A stretch of 64,000 nucleotides of DNA, from NCBI GenBank assembly GCA_043228905.1, contig JBHGNT010000008.1, positions 18,786,001-18,850,000 on the forward strand, given 5' to 3'. The translations under genes were made by a program, and so were the position numbers. This document shows, one piece after another, positions 25,721 to 42,000 of the stretch. The notes under the pieces are model-generated. The model had not been told where the DNA came from. It was given only the letters and a program-made list of their open reading frames with translations, and made no database searches. This stretch comes from Azolla caroliniana. Taxonomy: Eukaryota > Plantae > Polypodiophyta. Every line of letters begins with the position of its first letter. Within the stretch, counting starts at the first letter, position 1.

Positions 25721-28393
25721 CATCCCATCTGAAGGGACTACCTATCCCAACAATCTTGAAGAGACCTAGATGGTCCAACCATCCAAGCCACAACTAACTA
25801 CCCCATTGATGGTACCGTGCAAAAACTACATCCTTGCATAAACTACTAAAGAGGCAACTCAATGCGTGATTGGCTTCCGTCAACAAGCCTACCCCGCAAC
25901 GGGCCAAGCAAAGTTGCCAAGTGTCATAGGCAAGACCTATACAATGTTCATGGATCAGTTACAACATGAGCCAAACTCATCCATGAGCTCCTTAGGAATG
26001 AAATAAGATGAAGGTGTATGGAAGATTGTGAACGTACAATCCAACATATGCATAGTTATCCCATGAAACAATAGAGTCCTTTAATGCACAAGAAGGTTAT
26101 GTTTGAGTTTGAGTTTTCGGTGAAAGCATAAAGCATTTCAATTTACAATATTTCTTTATTTGATCCATTCTAACGATAAGCCAACAATAATCGTCTTTCC
26201 CGTACAATGCTAATAGTTTATTTCATCATGAATCTACAAATCACACATCTTAGGTTGGTTATTTGCTAACATCCTCCAAAATGTATAACATTTGCTCCAA
26301 CTCCATCAAGACTATATAGTTAAAGAAAAACTTGAATTATTCAATATTGGCGGAATAGTAAAGACTTAATGAAGCAACCATCAAAGACTAGAGTTGAGAC
26401 TACATTGTATCCTAGTTCTACAAATATGCAAAATGAAGCTCATGATGTGTTAGTATAATGGTAAGGCTTCAACTCCTTAAACATGGAGATCTGAACAAGG
26501 TTCAAATCTTTCCTTCACACCATCCAAATATCAAGTTGTTGTGTGCGCTTTCATTCTCTTCACAATATTAACTTAGTGGAGTTAGCGACAAATAATATTA
26601 GTAAGTAAACAAGTTGATGCTATCTTATGGGATCATTACATTTTGGCATTGTTAAAATTGGCTTTACTTTGAATGGATATAGTCAAGGCCCATCATTCAA
26701 GATGAAATCAATATGTAATTGTAAACGCGATGTGAAGATATCATTTGCACTTGTTGGTGAGCTTAAACATAGACTAGGTGGAACAAATGATTTGCTAAAA
26801 TCCATGAAAAACATAAGATGCATGTCTCACGATGTGAAAATTTTCATCAATTTCCCTTTCCCCGAGTATCTGTAAGCTAGAATACCATTAGGATATTATT
26901 AATACTCATAGGGTGTAAAATTAGGGCCTCGTTATAATCTGATTATGAGGATAATGGAACATGATACCACTCATGACAATATTATTAGTCTTTTTTATTT
27001 TTAAAGGAGTACTTGAAGCTAATTAGAAAGTAGGGCTACCTTTTAAAGTGTCAAATATTTCGCAATAGCTGAATGTGCATATTTTAAAACATTTACATGA
27101 GTTTCCTATTATTGAATTATTAATGTAGGAAAATTCTTTCATTTTCTATGAGCAAATACCAAGTGGGCAACATCCACTTTACTTGATATTGAAGCAAGAT
27201 GAGCACAAAAAACATATTAGAAATACTGAGAGCAAGCATCCACTAGGAAAACATACATGTAAATACAATACTTTTGTATATGTGAAAGGGAATCTATCAT
27301 TTCATAGCTCAATTGGATATGGCACAAGGGAATGGAACCAAATTGACCATCTCCTAACATCATGAGAGATGGAAGTATAATCAGCACCTTTTTTCATGTT
27401 TTGAAAACAATTAGCAACAATGCTTGAACTAAGCTAGAGGACTGAACTTTTTGACTAATTGCTCATCATATATATCACAACATGATTGAAGATCAAATAC
27501 TCTCAGAAATTTATGTGATTTTCTAATCATAATTACCTGCAGAAAACTTATATACTGCAGCAACAGAAACAATGCTAAAACAAGAGGCATCAATGAGAAG
27601 GTATATTGAAAAAATTTACAGTTTTTTTAGAGAGCCATAGATTCACTATATGAAGGTCCAAACAAACAAATAAACACATTGCACATCTACCAATGGACAA
27701 GTGAATGCATAATTGATTGTAAACTCAATTTAAACAAAAAATATTAACAAATACTAGATAAAGTGAAAAGCAGACTATTAAGCACATCTTTGGTTTCATT
27801 CGATTTAACTTTTAAGGAAGATAAACTTAGTATCCTCGCCAGAAGACAGAGAAATTAAATGCTGAATCATATAACTAAGTGGCAAACGAAAATAATGTAG
27901 CATCTAGGAGCAACCATATTGAACTTGTCTAACTTTCACAGGTTTTCAAGAAATGTAATAAAACCCAATTATCACTATATGTTTGACCTGGTCAAGCGCA
28001 ATGATCAATGAACTTGTCTAGGAATTTTGGAATCAAATTTCATTGCCTCAGCATTTTATCACCCACAGCATAAATCTAGATCTGCTTGGTCTTGGATTAG
28101 ATACTAACCTAAACAAATATCTTCAGATGCATAAATCTGTTAGTGTTAGCTGCCCATAGAGTCAGCAAAGCAAACCCAAATGTTGGTCTAAATTCAAATA
28201 AATGCTTCTGGTTTACAAGAACTCATTACATAATGCAGAAATGATTAATTTAGCTTGAATATATCACCATTTACTAATAGCATGAAGAGAATTCAATACA
28301 GATCAAAACTTTCAAAGAGGACAAGACTTTCTAATCAAGTTCTTAACTCAAAAATAACGGCAAACAAAGATGATCACTCGTTTCGAATGATAT

Positions 28394-30965
<2,572 letters not shown>

Positions 30966-31074
30966 GGCGCGAAGGTCTGCTCGTCTGCAGATGTGCGCGT
31001 TCGCGAGCGAGACGAGCGGGGAAGAGAAAAAGAGAGAGGAAAAGGAAGAGAAAGAGAAAGAGAAAGAGAAAGCG

Positions 31075-31185
31075 GAGGAGGGTTTCTGTTCTGCAAAACC
31101 CTAATTTCGCAAGCTCCCGTCCATCCCCCGTTTCACACACGACGCCTGTCCTGTCCGTCCGGACAAAACCCAAATGGGCGGACAA
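31075..31185. promoter_or_regulatory. RPS9 promoter: telo-box and site-II-like motif
   Basis: AAACCCTAAT at ~31096 and ATGGGC at ~31174, a pairing typical of plant ribosomal-protein promoters. Confidence 0.55.
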
Positions 31186-31249
31186 AAGAACTCTCCATCT
31201 CATCTAGAGGAGGCCCTGGCTAGGCCCTAGCCCCAGGCCAAGGACCAAG

Positions 31250-31284
<35 letters not shown>

Positions 31285-31791
31285 CCACGGCAGACTGAAG
31301 AGTCTCGGTGATGGCACGAGAACACTCCGATTAAGCTTGTGCCCTGAACAAACATTTTCACAAGATCCCCGCCCCCCCCTCCCCGCAATCTTGGCTCTGA
31401 TCCTAGCACGATGACATGTGGAAAGACTCGCTTGCTCACATGAAATAAGGGGCGTGATGATAGCTCAAGGCTTCGGAACACGTGCTTGAATGGCAGAAGG
31501 AAGGGTATCAGTGATGTCACGAGGACATTTCGATTAAGCTTGTACCCCCGAACCAACATTTTCACAACATTTCGCATAGGCGATGACGTGTAGAAGACCC
31601 TCTTGTTCTCGATAGAGAAGGGGTGTGATGTTAGCTTGAGGCTCTAGAAATCGTGCCCGAATGGACAGTTCCAACTATTGACTTTCCTATCACAATTTAA
31701 CCATGTGTATAAAAAAACTTGTTATTCTACGCATACAACCATTATATATGTTTGATGGTGTACACAAGCAAACCGAACTTTGGAACATACT

Positions 31792-32455
31792 TGTTGGACA
31801 AGTAAGTGCAAAAATCACGCGGTCAACGGGTTATAAAAGGAGATGCTAGCCTTGGTTGCAATACGAGAGAAACCAGTTGTCATACCATGGTCAAAGCTCG
31901 TGTAGGGGTCTACTTTGTTAAAAACAACAAAACAGTTTTAGAGCAACTACTTTTAATTGCCACATCTAGATTAGTTACTATTATTAACTATTATTCTTTT
32001 CTTTTTCTATTAGTAACTGTATTTTTTCAAACACATCCAACGTTCCCTCCGCTTCCTCTATTATATAAGGAGGAAGCCAGGAATGTTAAGAGTGTAGTAT
32101 TTTTTTATGCTCTAGTTGTTGTAGCAATTAACTCCTGTACTTGTATTCCAGCCTGTAATCCCATTTTATTATCTTTACATAGTAGTTGCAATTCTGCTTA
32201 TTTCTGTTCATGTGCCTCTCATTTCCTTACATGGTATCAAAGTGTCAGTAGTACAAAGCCTGAAAATATACTACCCGCTCCATACTCTACTTCTAAGAAA
32301 AAGAAGAAGACAACAACCTCGACATTATGGCAAGCTCCACTTAGGCAAGAAAATGCTCGGTAGATAAACTTAATGCAAAGAACTACATAATTTGGAAACC
32401 GAGGATGAAGCTACTACTTGACTTGGAGGAGCTACTTGAAGTCACCAAAGGAACC
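31792..32455 (+). mobile_element. Copia element 5' end: LTR 31792-32231, tRNA-Met PBS, start of gag (resumes briefly 38641-38661)
   Basis: TGTTGG...CCTTACA followed by TGGTATCAAAG; gag-like VDKLNAKNYIIWKPRMKLLL...EVTKGT|CQAPKG. Confidence 0.8.
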
Positions 32456-35400
32456 TGTTAAGAATTAGGTAAGTAATTAAGGGTTAATTAGTACCTAATT
32501 ATGTGATTAGTTGATAAGTGTGGAAGATTAAGTGATATGTGTGTGTGTGTGTGTGTGAGGAAGAGAGAGAGAGAGAGAGAGCCCTCGAGTAGAGCTTTGC
32601 AACGAGATATAGCAAGTTGAATTTGGTGGTTTGTACGAGAAGCAGCGATAGCAATAAGGAATCTTGTGTTGTCGGCATCCACATACTCAAAACTCATTGT
32701 GGGTCTTCGATTGCTTTCAAAATCTTCGACCTCTTCAATCGGGTGAGTTCTGATTTTCTCTCTTGTTCATGGAAAATTGTTTTTATCCCGGATCGATATA
32801 ATGATGGACATAAACATGAATTCCTCACAAATTGTGGGGAATATTGATATGGAAACAATCGATCCAAAAAAGAGTAATGTGATGGTTGAATGTAATCTTG
32901 AAAGGGAAGACATTGGAAGCTCTAAGAGGTTTAAGGGAATTGAAGAAATTAATGAGAAAAAATTAACATATGCCGAAATAATACATGTAGATGAAGTTGA
33001 AAAGGATCACTGTAATGGGATAATTTATGGGGAATTGCCAATACCTTATTGTCGGATATTGTGGAAGAAAATGAAAATGCAGCGAAAGAATACATTGAAG
33101 AGGATTTGCATGATGTGGAAGTTGATGCTAAGGCAGTTTTGCAATCATTTGATGTATTCTATGATCGTGCTGTTATATTATTTTTTACTGGCAAACTCCC
33201 ATATGTTAATTGGATTAAACAATGGTTGAACACAATCGTGTCACCAAATTGTGTTGAAAATATATATGCGGGACTACGAGGGTTTTATGATGTGGTATTT
33301 CGTTCACCGGAGCATCGAAGTGCATTGTTGGGTAAAGTTCTTGTGTTTTTTGATAAACGATTGGTGCATGTTATGCAATGGTCCCCCGTAGTGGACTATC
33401 ATGCTTTGTTAAAACATGAATGTCCTGTTTGGGTTACAATGGATTGTATGCTTTTTTATGGCCACTTTTACCAGTGTTGATGAGTCAAATGGGTAAAGTG
33501 TTGGTATCTCCACATGCAAATGCTACAAATAAGTGCATATTTTGTGTGTTATGGGATACAAGTCACAAAGAGGCCAGGATGGGTGCGTATGAATGCTCTT
33601 GGTATGAGAAGTGTTTGTTTTAAACTGAAGTGGGAGACATTTGCAGGTCATTGTTTTGGATGTGGTGAATGGGGTCACTTTATGGCGGAATGCCACGATC
33701 ATTGTCCTTCAACTACAGAGGTTCCTATTGAAGGGAACGATAAGGAAGGAGTTGGGAGAGATGTTGGCGTGTCAGATTTTGTGGATGAAGGAACATCCCC
33801 TAGAGCAGGTTATAAAGAGGTCTCACTTCAAGGTTTGGGCCCTAAGAATAAGGGAATTGAATCTATGGATATGGAAAAACAAAGTTTAGTGGTTAAAGAT
33901 AAGGGGAAAAAACCGTTGGATAGAGCTAGTAGTGATGTTGTTGACAAAGATTGGCATGAGGTTAAGGGCAAGTCGAAAGGGAAATCAATGAATATGCAGC
34001 GTAGTAGCTTGCCCACTACTCGTGTGACTACTTGGCAAGGTAATTCAGGAACTAGGGAGGGCCCTCGAAAAGTTCCTTGGCAACGACAATCTAGGGATAA
34101 GGGATTACCCCTTCACCTTCAATTTGATTCATTGGGACGAGTTGTAAATTCATTGAATTCTCGAGGTTTTCGTCAAGCGAGAGGACCTAAAAAAAAGATT
34201 TTGATAGACAACCCTAAGGATGTGGTGCATGAAAATCCATATGCAGCATTGGAGCATGCTTTTATTAGTTTCATGACATTAGTTGCTCTAAAGGAGCAAG
34301 TGCTCCCATAACATTGTTGATTGAATGAAAGTGGCAACGTGGAATGTGAGAGGGGCATGTTCTCCTCATAAGAAGTATATACTATGGGAAACTTTGTTAA
34401 GTAGAGAATGGGATGTAGTATGTGCAGTTGAGCATAAGTGTCATGAGTTAGTAGGATCCATAGTGCATTTGCGTGGATATTCATCATTTTATGCAGGACA
34501 TCTTAATAATCATTATTCAGGTGTGGTATTAATCGTGAGGGATAAGTATTATCCTCAAGTGGTGCATAATGATCCTTATGGCCGGTTTTTGGTTCTAGAA
34601 ATCACTTTTTTTGGAAGGTTGTGTGGGTGGTTGGGATTTATGCCCCTAACCAAGCCACTCAATGTATTGCATTATGGGGTTCACTCCTTCAAACCCTATT
34701 TATTGGACGTCCAAGATTACTTATGGGCGATTTAAACATGTGTGTTGATGCATTTCAATCCACGTCTGAACATTCAATCATGGATGATCCTGAGCAACTT
34801 GCTTGGGACTCATTGGGTATGGAGGTTCTGAAGTTGGATGTTTGGACATGGTTGCAAGGGAATGATCCAGGTTTTACCTTCCAATCTGCTCAACATAGAC
34901 AAACATGGAGTCGGTTAGATAGAATGTATGTGATGCATGATGATTCTTTTTTACCGACATCACTTCGTATGAACGTTCTACAAGATGTTGGAACTTCAGA
35001 TCACTTTCCTATTTGTTTGGAGGTGTGTAATCATGCAATTGACATGTATAAATCTTTACTTTGAAAGCCTCCACTATGCTTTAACTCTTCTCTTTTGCTT
35101 CAACCTCACTTTGATTCTCTCATGGAGCAAATTCTGGTAAATTTTTCTCAACAAGTGAATCTTAAAGGAGTTAAAGCATGGGATATCACATTACGCAACA
35201 TTAACATCATTCATCGTATGTATGGAGTAACCAATGCTCAATGAAGAAGAGGTCTTATTCGACAATTCTCACAAGTTCTCTCTAGGTGTAATGCTTTATT
35301 GATACATACACCATTAGATGAGGAGCTTTTGGATATTCAGAGTCAATTGCATGTTATTATTTCTCAGTTGCAATGCCAAAGTTATCGTTATGCTAAGATG

Positions 35401-38264
35401 CGACAACTCAGGGAAGGACTCATTGATAATTAATGTCAATCTCATTTGTTTTTCCAAGCATTACATCCTACTTATGCTCGATCTAATGTGGTACATGTGA
35501 AGCAAGAGGATGAATTGATAGTGGATCCTACAACAATAATTGACATATGTCTTCATTACTTTAAGCAGTTGATTGGTCCACAATTGTTAATGACAGATGA
35601 GGTGAGTAGAGCACGTCATGAGTTTTATGATGTGGTTGGATGTATTGTTCATGATCTCATTAGTCATGAATTGGATGCGGCTTTCACTGAGGATGAGGTG
35701 GATGTAGTTTTAAGGCATCTTCCTAGTGGTAAGAGCCCTGGTTGGGATGGCTTGACAAATGAAGTTTTTAAGAGATATTCCAACATTTCAAAGGGGCCCT
35801 TGACTTTGATGTTTCAACAGTCTTGGGATTCTGGTTGTATACCTCAAGCTTGGAAGATTGGTCTAATTAAACTAGTTCCAAAGGTGGCATCTCTTGAGTC
35901 ATTTCATCAATGGAGACCTATTTCTTTGATGGGGGGTTGTACAAGATATTTACGAAGGTCTTGGCAAATAGATTACAAAAGTATTTGCCAAAGTTGATAC
36001 ACCCCACCCAATATGGTTTTATTGCAGGTAGAAATATATTGCATAATGTGTTGAATGTTCAAATGGCCATGGATTATGCTCGGAACACTCATCAAGAATT
36101 GATTATGGTGCAATTAGATTTGGAGAAAGCTTATGATCATGTTAATTGTTCTTTTGTTTCTGGGTTAATGCATACAATGGGCTTTGGACCTCATATGTCT
36201 TGCCTCATATTTTTATTAGGACAAGATGCAGTGTCTCGAGTAATGCTTAATGGGGGAGTTACATCAGATATTGCCCTCACAAGATCCGTTCGTCAAGGAT
36301 GCCCTCTTAGCCCATTGTTGTTTGCTATTGTTACTCATCCTTTGTTAGTGATGCTATCAAGACTTGCAATAAATGGTAACATTGTGGGTTTACACCTTCC
36401 GTCCGGAGGGCAAATAGTAGCACAAGCTTTGGCGGATGATTCTTTCATGTTTTTACAAGCCTCATGGGAGAATCTTGAGAAGGGGATGCTTGTATGGAAT
36501 CAATTTGCATTGGCTTCCGGATTACATATCAATTGGAGGAAGTCTAGTCTCATATCATGCACTGAAAGGGATTTGGAATGTTTGGGATGGCAAGGATCCG
36601 TGGTGAAGAAAGGCTCTATTTTTCGACACTTGGGCTATCCATTAGGAATGAATGTTACAAATGGTCAATTGATTGAATTGATGTCTAGTAAGTTGAGGGA
36701 TACGTTCATGTATTGGAAGTCACAATCTTGGCCATTTCATGTTCGCTTGAAGGTTGTACAATGTATTATGGAACCCATGATATTATATTACTTGCCATTA
36801 TTGCCATGGACAAAGAAGGCGTTGAATTCTATTTTGCAACTTCTTCGATATTTGTTGTGGAAGAAGAGGGATAAGATGGGAATCACATGGATTGCTTGGA
36901 ATCATCTCGCAACCCCTAAGCGATTGGGGGGGGGGGGGGTTGGAATATTGAACTTATCTATGCATATGATGGCTTGTAGATTTTCATTATTACAAGACAT
37001 GTGTTCAAACTCACAACCATGGATATCTATTGTTCGATATTTCATTGAGAACAAGAACAAGGGTTTAACACATGGGAGGACAACGATTAAGGCTTCATGG
37101 TGGCAATTATTGAATGGATGTATTTCACTGAGGATTCCGGGTTCTTCATGTGTTCAATACTTAGTTGCCTCATGGCAAGAAGCACTCTTGTTATGTGTAT
37201 GGAAACCATCATCTAGTAGAGAGCATTGCAACTCTTTGCAAAAAGAGTTACTTGTGTCTTCTCGGTTATTATGTTGGCCAGGAAAGGAGTGATTGCGTTC
37301 TCAATTTAATCGTTTGTTTCGTTTGGGGGTCAAAGAGGTGGGAGATATAGTTGAGGTTCCATCTCAAAGAATTTTGGAGTTTACCGAAGCACGACAATTA
37401 TTATGCATCCCACCTAATTATGGGTTTATTTGGCAACAACTATAGAATATTGCATTGATGCAAGGTCCCTTACCTCTACAAACAGGAGAACAATCGTGGA
37501 TTGATTGGAGTTTAAGGGGTCAAACACCATTGTTACAAGTGACTACTAATCTTTTGTATCATTGTTCCGTTGAGTCTCTTGGATGGTTATCATCTAAGGC
37601 TGAAGAAGAATGGAAAATACACAAATCTGATCATGGGTGGTGGCAGATCTTACAACGTAGTTGGCATTCTAAATTGCCACTTGTTGCAAAGGTATTCATT
37701 TGGAGAGTCTTGATCGGAGGATTGCCTTTGGGATTAGCTTTAAAGCGTCATGGACTAGCAACGGGTATCTGCTTCTTTTGCACAGTTCAGATAGAAGATA
37801 ATACTCATTGATTTATACAATGTCCAATTGCTTGTCAAATTTGGAGTTACATTTCTCAAATTTGGCAAGTTTTATCATGGAGTTATTTGACACCTAGACA
37901 ATTGGTGTTTGCACAATTTACACAGGCTGACCCAAAATTAGAGATGGAGATTGTTTTCCTATTTCTGAGATATTGGGGATTGCATCATAATTGGAACATG
38001 CGCAACGCTTTTGTATTCGATGGTAGACATGGAGTGAAAGCATATCTACGAAAGTTGAAGGGAGTACTAATGTGGCAATTTTCTTTATTGGAACAAGTGG
38101 AAATTCTTTCCTCGGTGGAGTGTTCGTCTTGCCTATTGGCAATTCAACATGTTCCACTACCCATGTAGTGTAGTGTGGTTAGTGTGTGACCATACTCCAT
38201 TGTCACACGTATTGTACGTAGTGTTTTTCACACACATTTATTAATATAATTGTGTGTTTTCACC

Positions 38265-38310
<46 letters not shown>

Positions 38311-38635
38311 GTTAACACTTATGAACAACACAAGATGGGGGATGATAAACTAGAGTGTATGTTATAAAACATCATCATCAAATACAAAAATACCCACAAT
38401 GAGCTATATATACATCTCATGTGCAAAGGTGCACATGTGTGAGTGGAATATAGCTACTAAGGTGTAAGTCCTATATTAAATGTACTTAGGAGTGGAGGAT
38501 TTAGAATATCCCACTTAAGTACAAGGTCCTATTTAAGGCGTTATAGTCAACAATTCTAACTAGATTCTATCTAGGTAACTACAAAATTACATGGTTGACT
38601 AACTAAGTAAACTAAGTTGAGCTTGATCTCTCACA
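32456..38635 (-). mobile_element. Copia-type solo LTR (~500 bp net) split by a LINE
   Basis: Termini TGTTAAG...CTCTCACA, TSD GAACC (32451-32455 / 38636-38640). The minus-strand start TGTGAGAGATCAAGCTCAACTT resembles the other copia LTRs in the window. Confidence 0.85.
32581..38268 (+). mobile_element. Apparently full-length L1/Tx1-type LINE, decayed (ORF1 ~32790-34311; ORF2 34325-38168)
   Basis: ORF1 zinc knuckle CFGCGEWGHFMAEC. APE motifs MKVATWNVRG, MGDLN, SRLDRMY, SDHFPI. RT motifs KSPGWDG, WRPISL, LDLEKAYD, RQGCPLSPLLF, LADD. C-terminal CFFC..H..C. Flanked by (GA)n on both sides. Confidence 0.93.
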
Positions 38636-38661
38636 GAACCTGTCAAGCACCAAAAGGTACA

Positions 38662-39037
38662 CGTTAAGAATCAAACTCAACTTCCCGTGAGTGGGAACAC
38701 ACTCTAGGATACTCAAGTGTGTGAACACCCCACCTCCTTGCATAGTAACTAGTATGTCATAGAAGTTAATGTCCTATGACACATATTTTTCAAGTAGTTA
38801 AGACACGACCTCTTTCCCAAGAGGTGATACTAGTGAGAGAACTTAGAGAGAAGGTCACTACATAAGCACCTTCTCCTTCTCTTAGTAACTATTGGACACA
38901 CTACTTAAAGAATATGTGTTATAGGATATTAACTTCTATGACACACTAGTTACTATACAAGGAGGTGGGGTGGTCACACACTTGAGTATTTCTAGGGTGT
39001 GTTCCCACACACGGGAATTTGAGTTTGATTCTCAACA
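38662..39037. repeat. Inverted pair of partial copia LTRs (fold-back)
   Basis: 38662-38797 is the approximate reverse complement of 38901-39037; both match the LTR at 43552-43884. Confidence 0.85.
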
Positions 39038-42000
39038 CGCCCCTTCATAAACAACTTCCAATCGTTGGATGGTTGGTTTGGGTTGGTCTTCGGGTCGGCT
39101 TGTCGCCTCCAACTTCGACTTCGGTTTGTCACTTCGAATGGCCGGTTCACTCCTGTTGTTGCTCCTTACTCCCCCTCAAGCTCGGTTGGTCAATGGTTGA
39201 AAGAACGAGGTTCGTTGTGAACTGCCGCAACTTGTTGACTCCGAGTGCCTTTGTGAAGATCTTAGTCGTCTGTAGGGTCGTACTTATGTGTTGCAGGTCG
39301 ACATCCCCAGCCAGAACACGCCCTCTGATGAAGTGATGGTGCACTTCGATGTGCTTGGTCCAAGCGTGGAAGATTGGGTTCCGTGCGAGGTGAATACTAC
39401 TCATGTTGTCGCAATAGAGGAGAATCAGATCCTTGGCGGGAACACCCAGATCCTTCAAGATTCTCTTGAGCCAAACGGCTTCCCTTGCGGCGGTGGTCGC
39501 ACCCTTGTATTCAACTTCGGTGCTTGACAGTGCGACTGTTGGTTGCTTTTTGTTGCTCCATGATATGGCACCACTGCCGAGAGAGAAAACAAATCCGGAT
39601 GTCGATTGTCGGTTGGCTCTGTAGCCGGCCCAATCGACATCAGTATATCCTTTGAGTCGAATCAGAGTGGCCGATTTGTAGAAGTTGCCAAAATCCATGG
39701 TTCTACTCACATACCTTAGCACTCACTTAACACAATCAAGATGGATGTCTCTTGGAGTTTGCATGAACTGGCTAAGGAGGCCGATTGGGTAACTTAGGTC
39801 GAGTCGAGTAATTGTAAGGTAGATGAGCCTTCCCACTAGTTGACGATAGAGTGTCGGCTCACACTCTCTAGTGTCGGAGTCAACATCTAGCTTTAGATTT
39901 CGATTGAGAGGGGTAGTGACGGGCTTACATTGTATCATCCCAAACTTGTAAAGAAGATTGAGGATATTGTGCCTTCGAGAAAGTATGATGTCGTCTAGTG
40001 TCTGAATTACTTCTATTCCTAGAAAGTAATGGAGCTCCTTCATATTGGTCATTTCGAATCAGTTGGAGAGGAGCTTCTTGATGTGCTCACTATCTACTAA
40101 ATGCTCTCCTCCTATGACCAAGTCATCCACATAAATGATGATAAATACCTGTCCTCTGGAGTCGCTCCGGATGAATAGAGAGTTGTCAGACTTGGACATG
40201 TTGAAGCCGATTTGATGAAGATATTGCGTTATCTTTGAATGTCATGTTCTCGGTGCCTGCTTGAGACCGTAGAGAGGCTTTTTGAGTCAGCAAACAACAA
40301 TAAGATGCGTAGTCGACTCGAATCCAAGCGGTTGTATCATGTTCACCTCCTCTTCTAACTCGCCTTGGCGAAATGTGTTCTTTATGTCCATTTGGTGGAG
40401 GTGCCACCCTTTTTGCTGTTGCAAGCACGATCACGGTTCAAATTGTAGTCATCTTTTCCACCGGGGCAAAGGTCTCTTCATAGTCGACATTATGCGTTTG
40501 CGCGTAGCCCTTCGCCACAAGCCGGGCCTTGTACCGATGGACAATGTCATCGGTGTTGTGCTTTACCTTGGAGATCCACCGACATCCAATTGCCTTTTGG
40601 TGGTGTGATGAAGGAATGAGATCCCATGTCCCGTTCTTGGAGAGTGCTTGCATCTCCTCATTCATTGCTTCGACCCATCTAGGGTCCTTCGCGGTTCGGA
40701 AAAGTTTTTCGGTTCTCAGACTATCGCCACCTTTATCATGAATGGATAATGATATGCCATGTAGTTGTTGTAGCCGAATTGGCTTACTATGTTCTTCTCT
40801 CGGGTGGAGTGATGAGGTGCCCTTAGTGACCCCACACTGGGAACATCCAATCCACCATACTCACTGCCAGGTGAGTGAGTCGATTCATTTCCATCCGAGT
40901 CTTCGTACTCGGGCATTTTGGCCTTACCCTTGGTATCCATTGTCGGACTTGGCTGCAATGTGCTTTGGTCGCTTGGAGGCTCTTGTGGTGCACTCAACCT
41001 GGTTGAGATTGGACTTCCCTCTGATGTGGGCTTCGGTCAATCATCCTCCGCATCTGTGTCAAACTCGGTTTCGACTGTGTTGGATGGGGTTGATTTGACT
41101 GTATACTAGGATGCTGACTCGTCGAATACTACATCCCTACTCACTCGTACCTTCTTGGTGGAAGGTTTGAAGCACTTATACCCTTTTTTCTCAAATGAGT
41201 ACCCTACGAGTATACATTTCTCTGACTTGGGATCGAGCTTCTGCCGCGTCTCGTCAAGAATATGTACATATCCAATTGAACCAAATATCCTAACATGAGA
41301 TAGATCCAGTTTCTTCCCATAGAACTTTTCGCAGGGGGTAACATAGTGCACTCTTGATGTTATGCAACGATTCATCAAATAAACGATCGTATTCATGCTT
41401 AAGCCCAATATGACTTTGGCAGATGTTTCTCGTTCATCATTGCCCTTGCCACCTCGAGTATGTGTCGATTCTTGCGTTCGGCTACTCCATTCTGCTAAGG
41501 CGTGTATCGGCAGGTAAACTCCCACTGAATTCCTTCTTGTCAAAGGTATGTTGTAAAGTTGTCGGAGAAATACTCCTTGCCGCCGTCTGATTGAAGGCGT
41601 CAACGAAATACTCCTTGCCGTCATTTGATCAAAGGCATCGAACATGCCGACCAGTTGCCTTTTCGACTTCATTTTTGAACCTTTGGAAGTGTCCAAACAC
41701 TTCACTCTTCTGCCGCATAGAGTAGATCCGGGTATGTTTGGAGAAGTTGTCGATGAACATTACGTAGTACCAGCATCGACCAAATGTTGTCGTCTGGGCT
41801 GGTTCCCATACATTTGAATGTATTACATCGAAGATCCCTTTGCTTGTGTTCCTCTCCTTTGGGAACGGTTGTCGATGCTATTTTCCGAATTGACAAGCTT
41901 CGCACACGCTTGTAGTTTCCTTTTCGGTGAAAGTTGGAAGTTTGAAGACGACTCCTTTCGACTGCATTCCTCTGAGCTTTTGGAGGTTAATGTGACCAAT

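Noticed and set aside
27378-27472. Possible C/D snoRNA on minus strand downstream of RPS9 (ATGATGA...CTGA, ~90 nt)
   Set aside because: No recognisable rRNA/snRNA guide, only an AT-rich terminal stem, and such motifs are expected by chance. snoscan would settle it.
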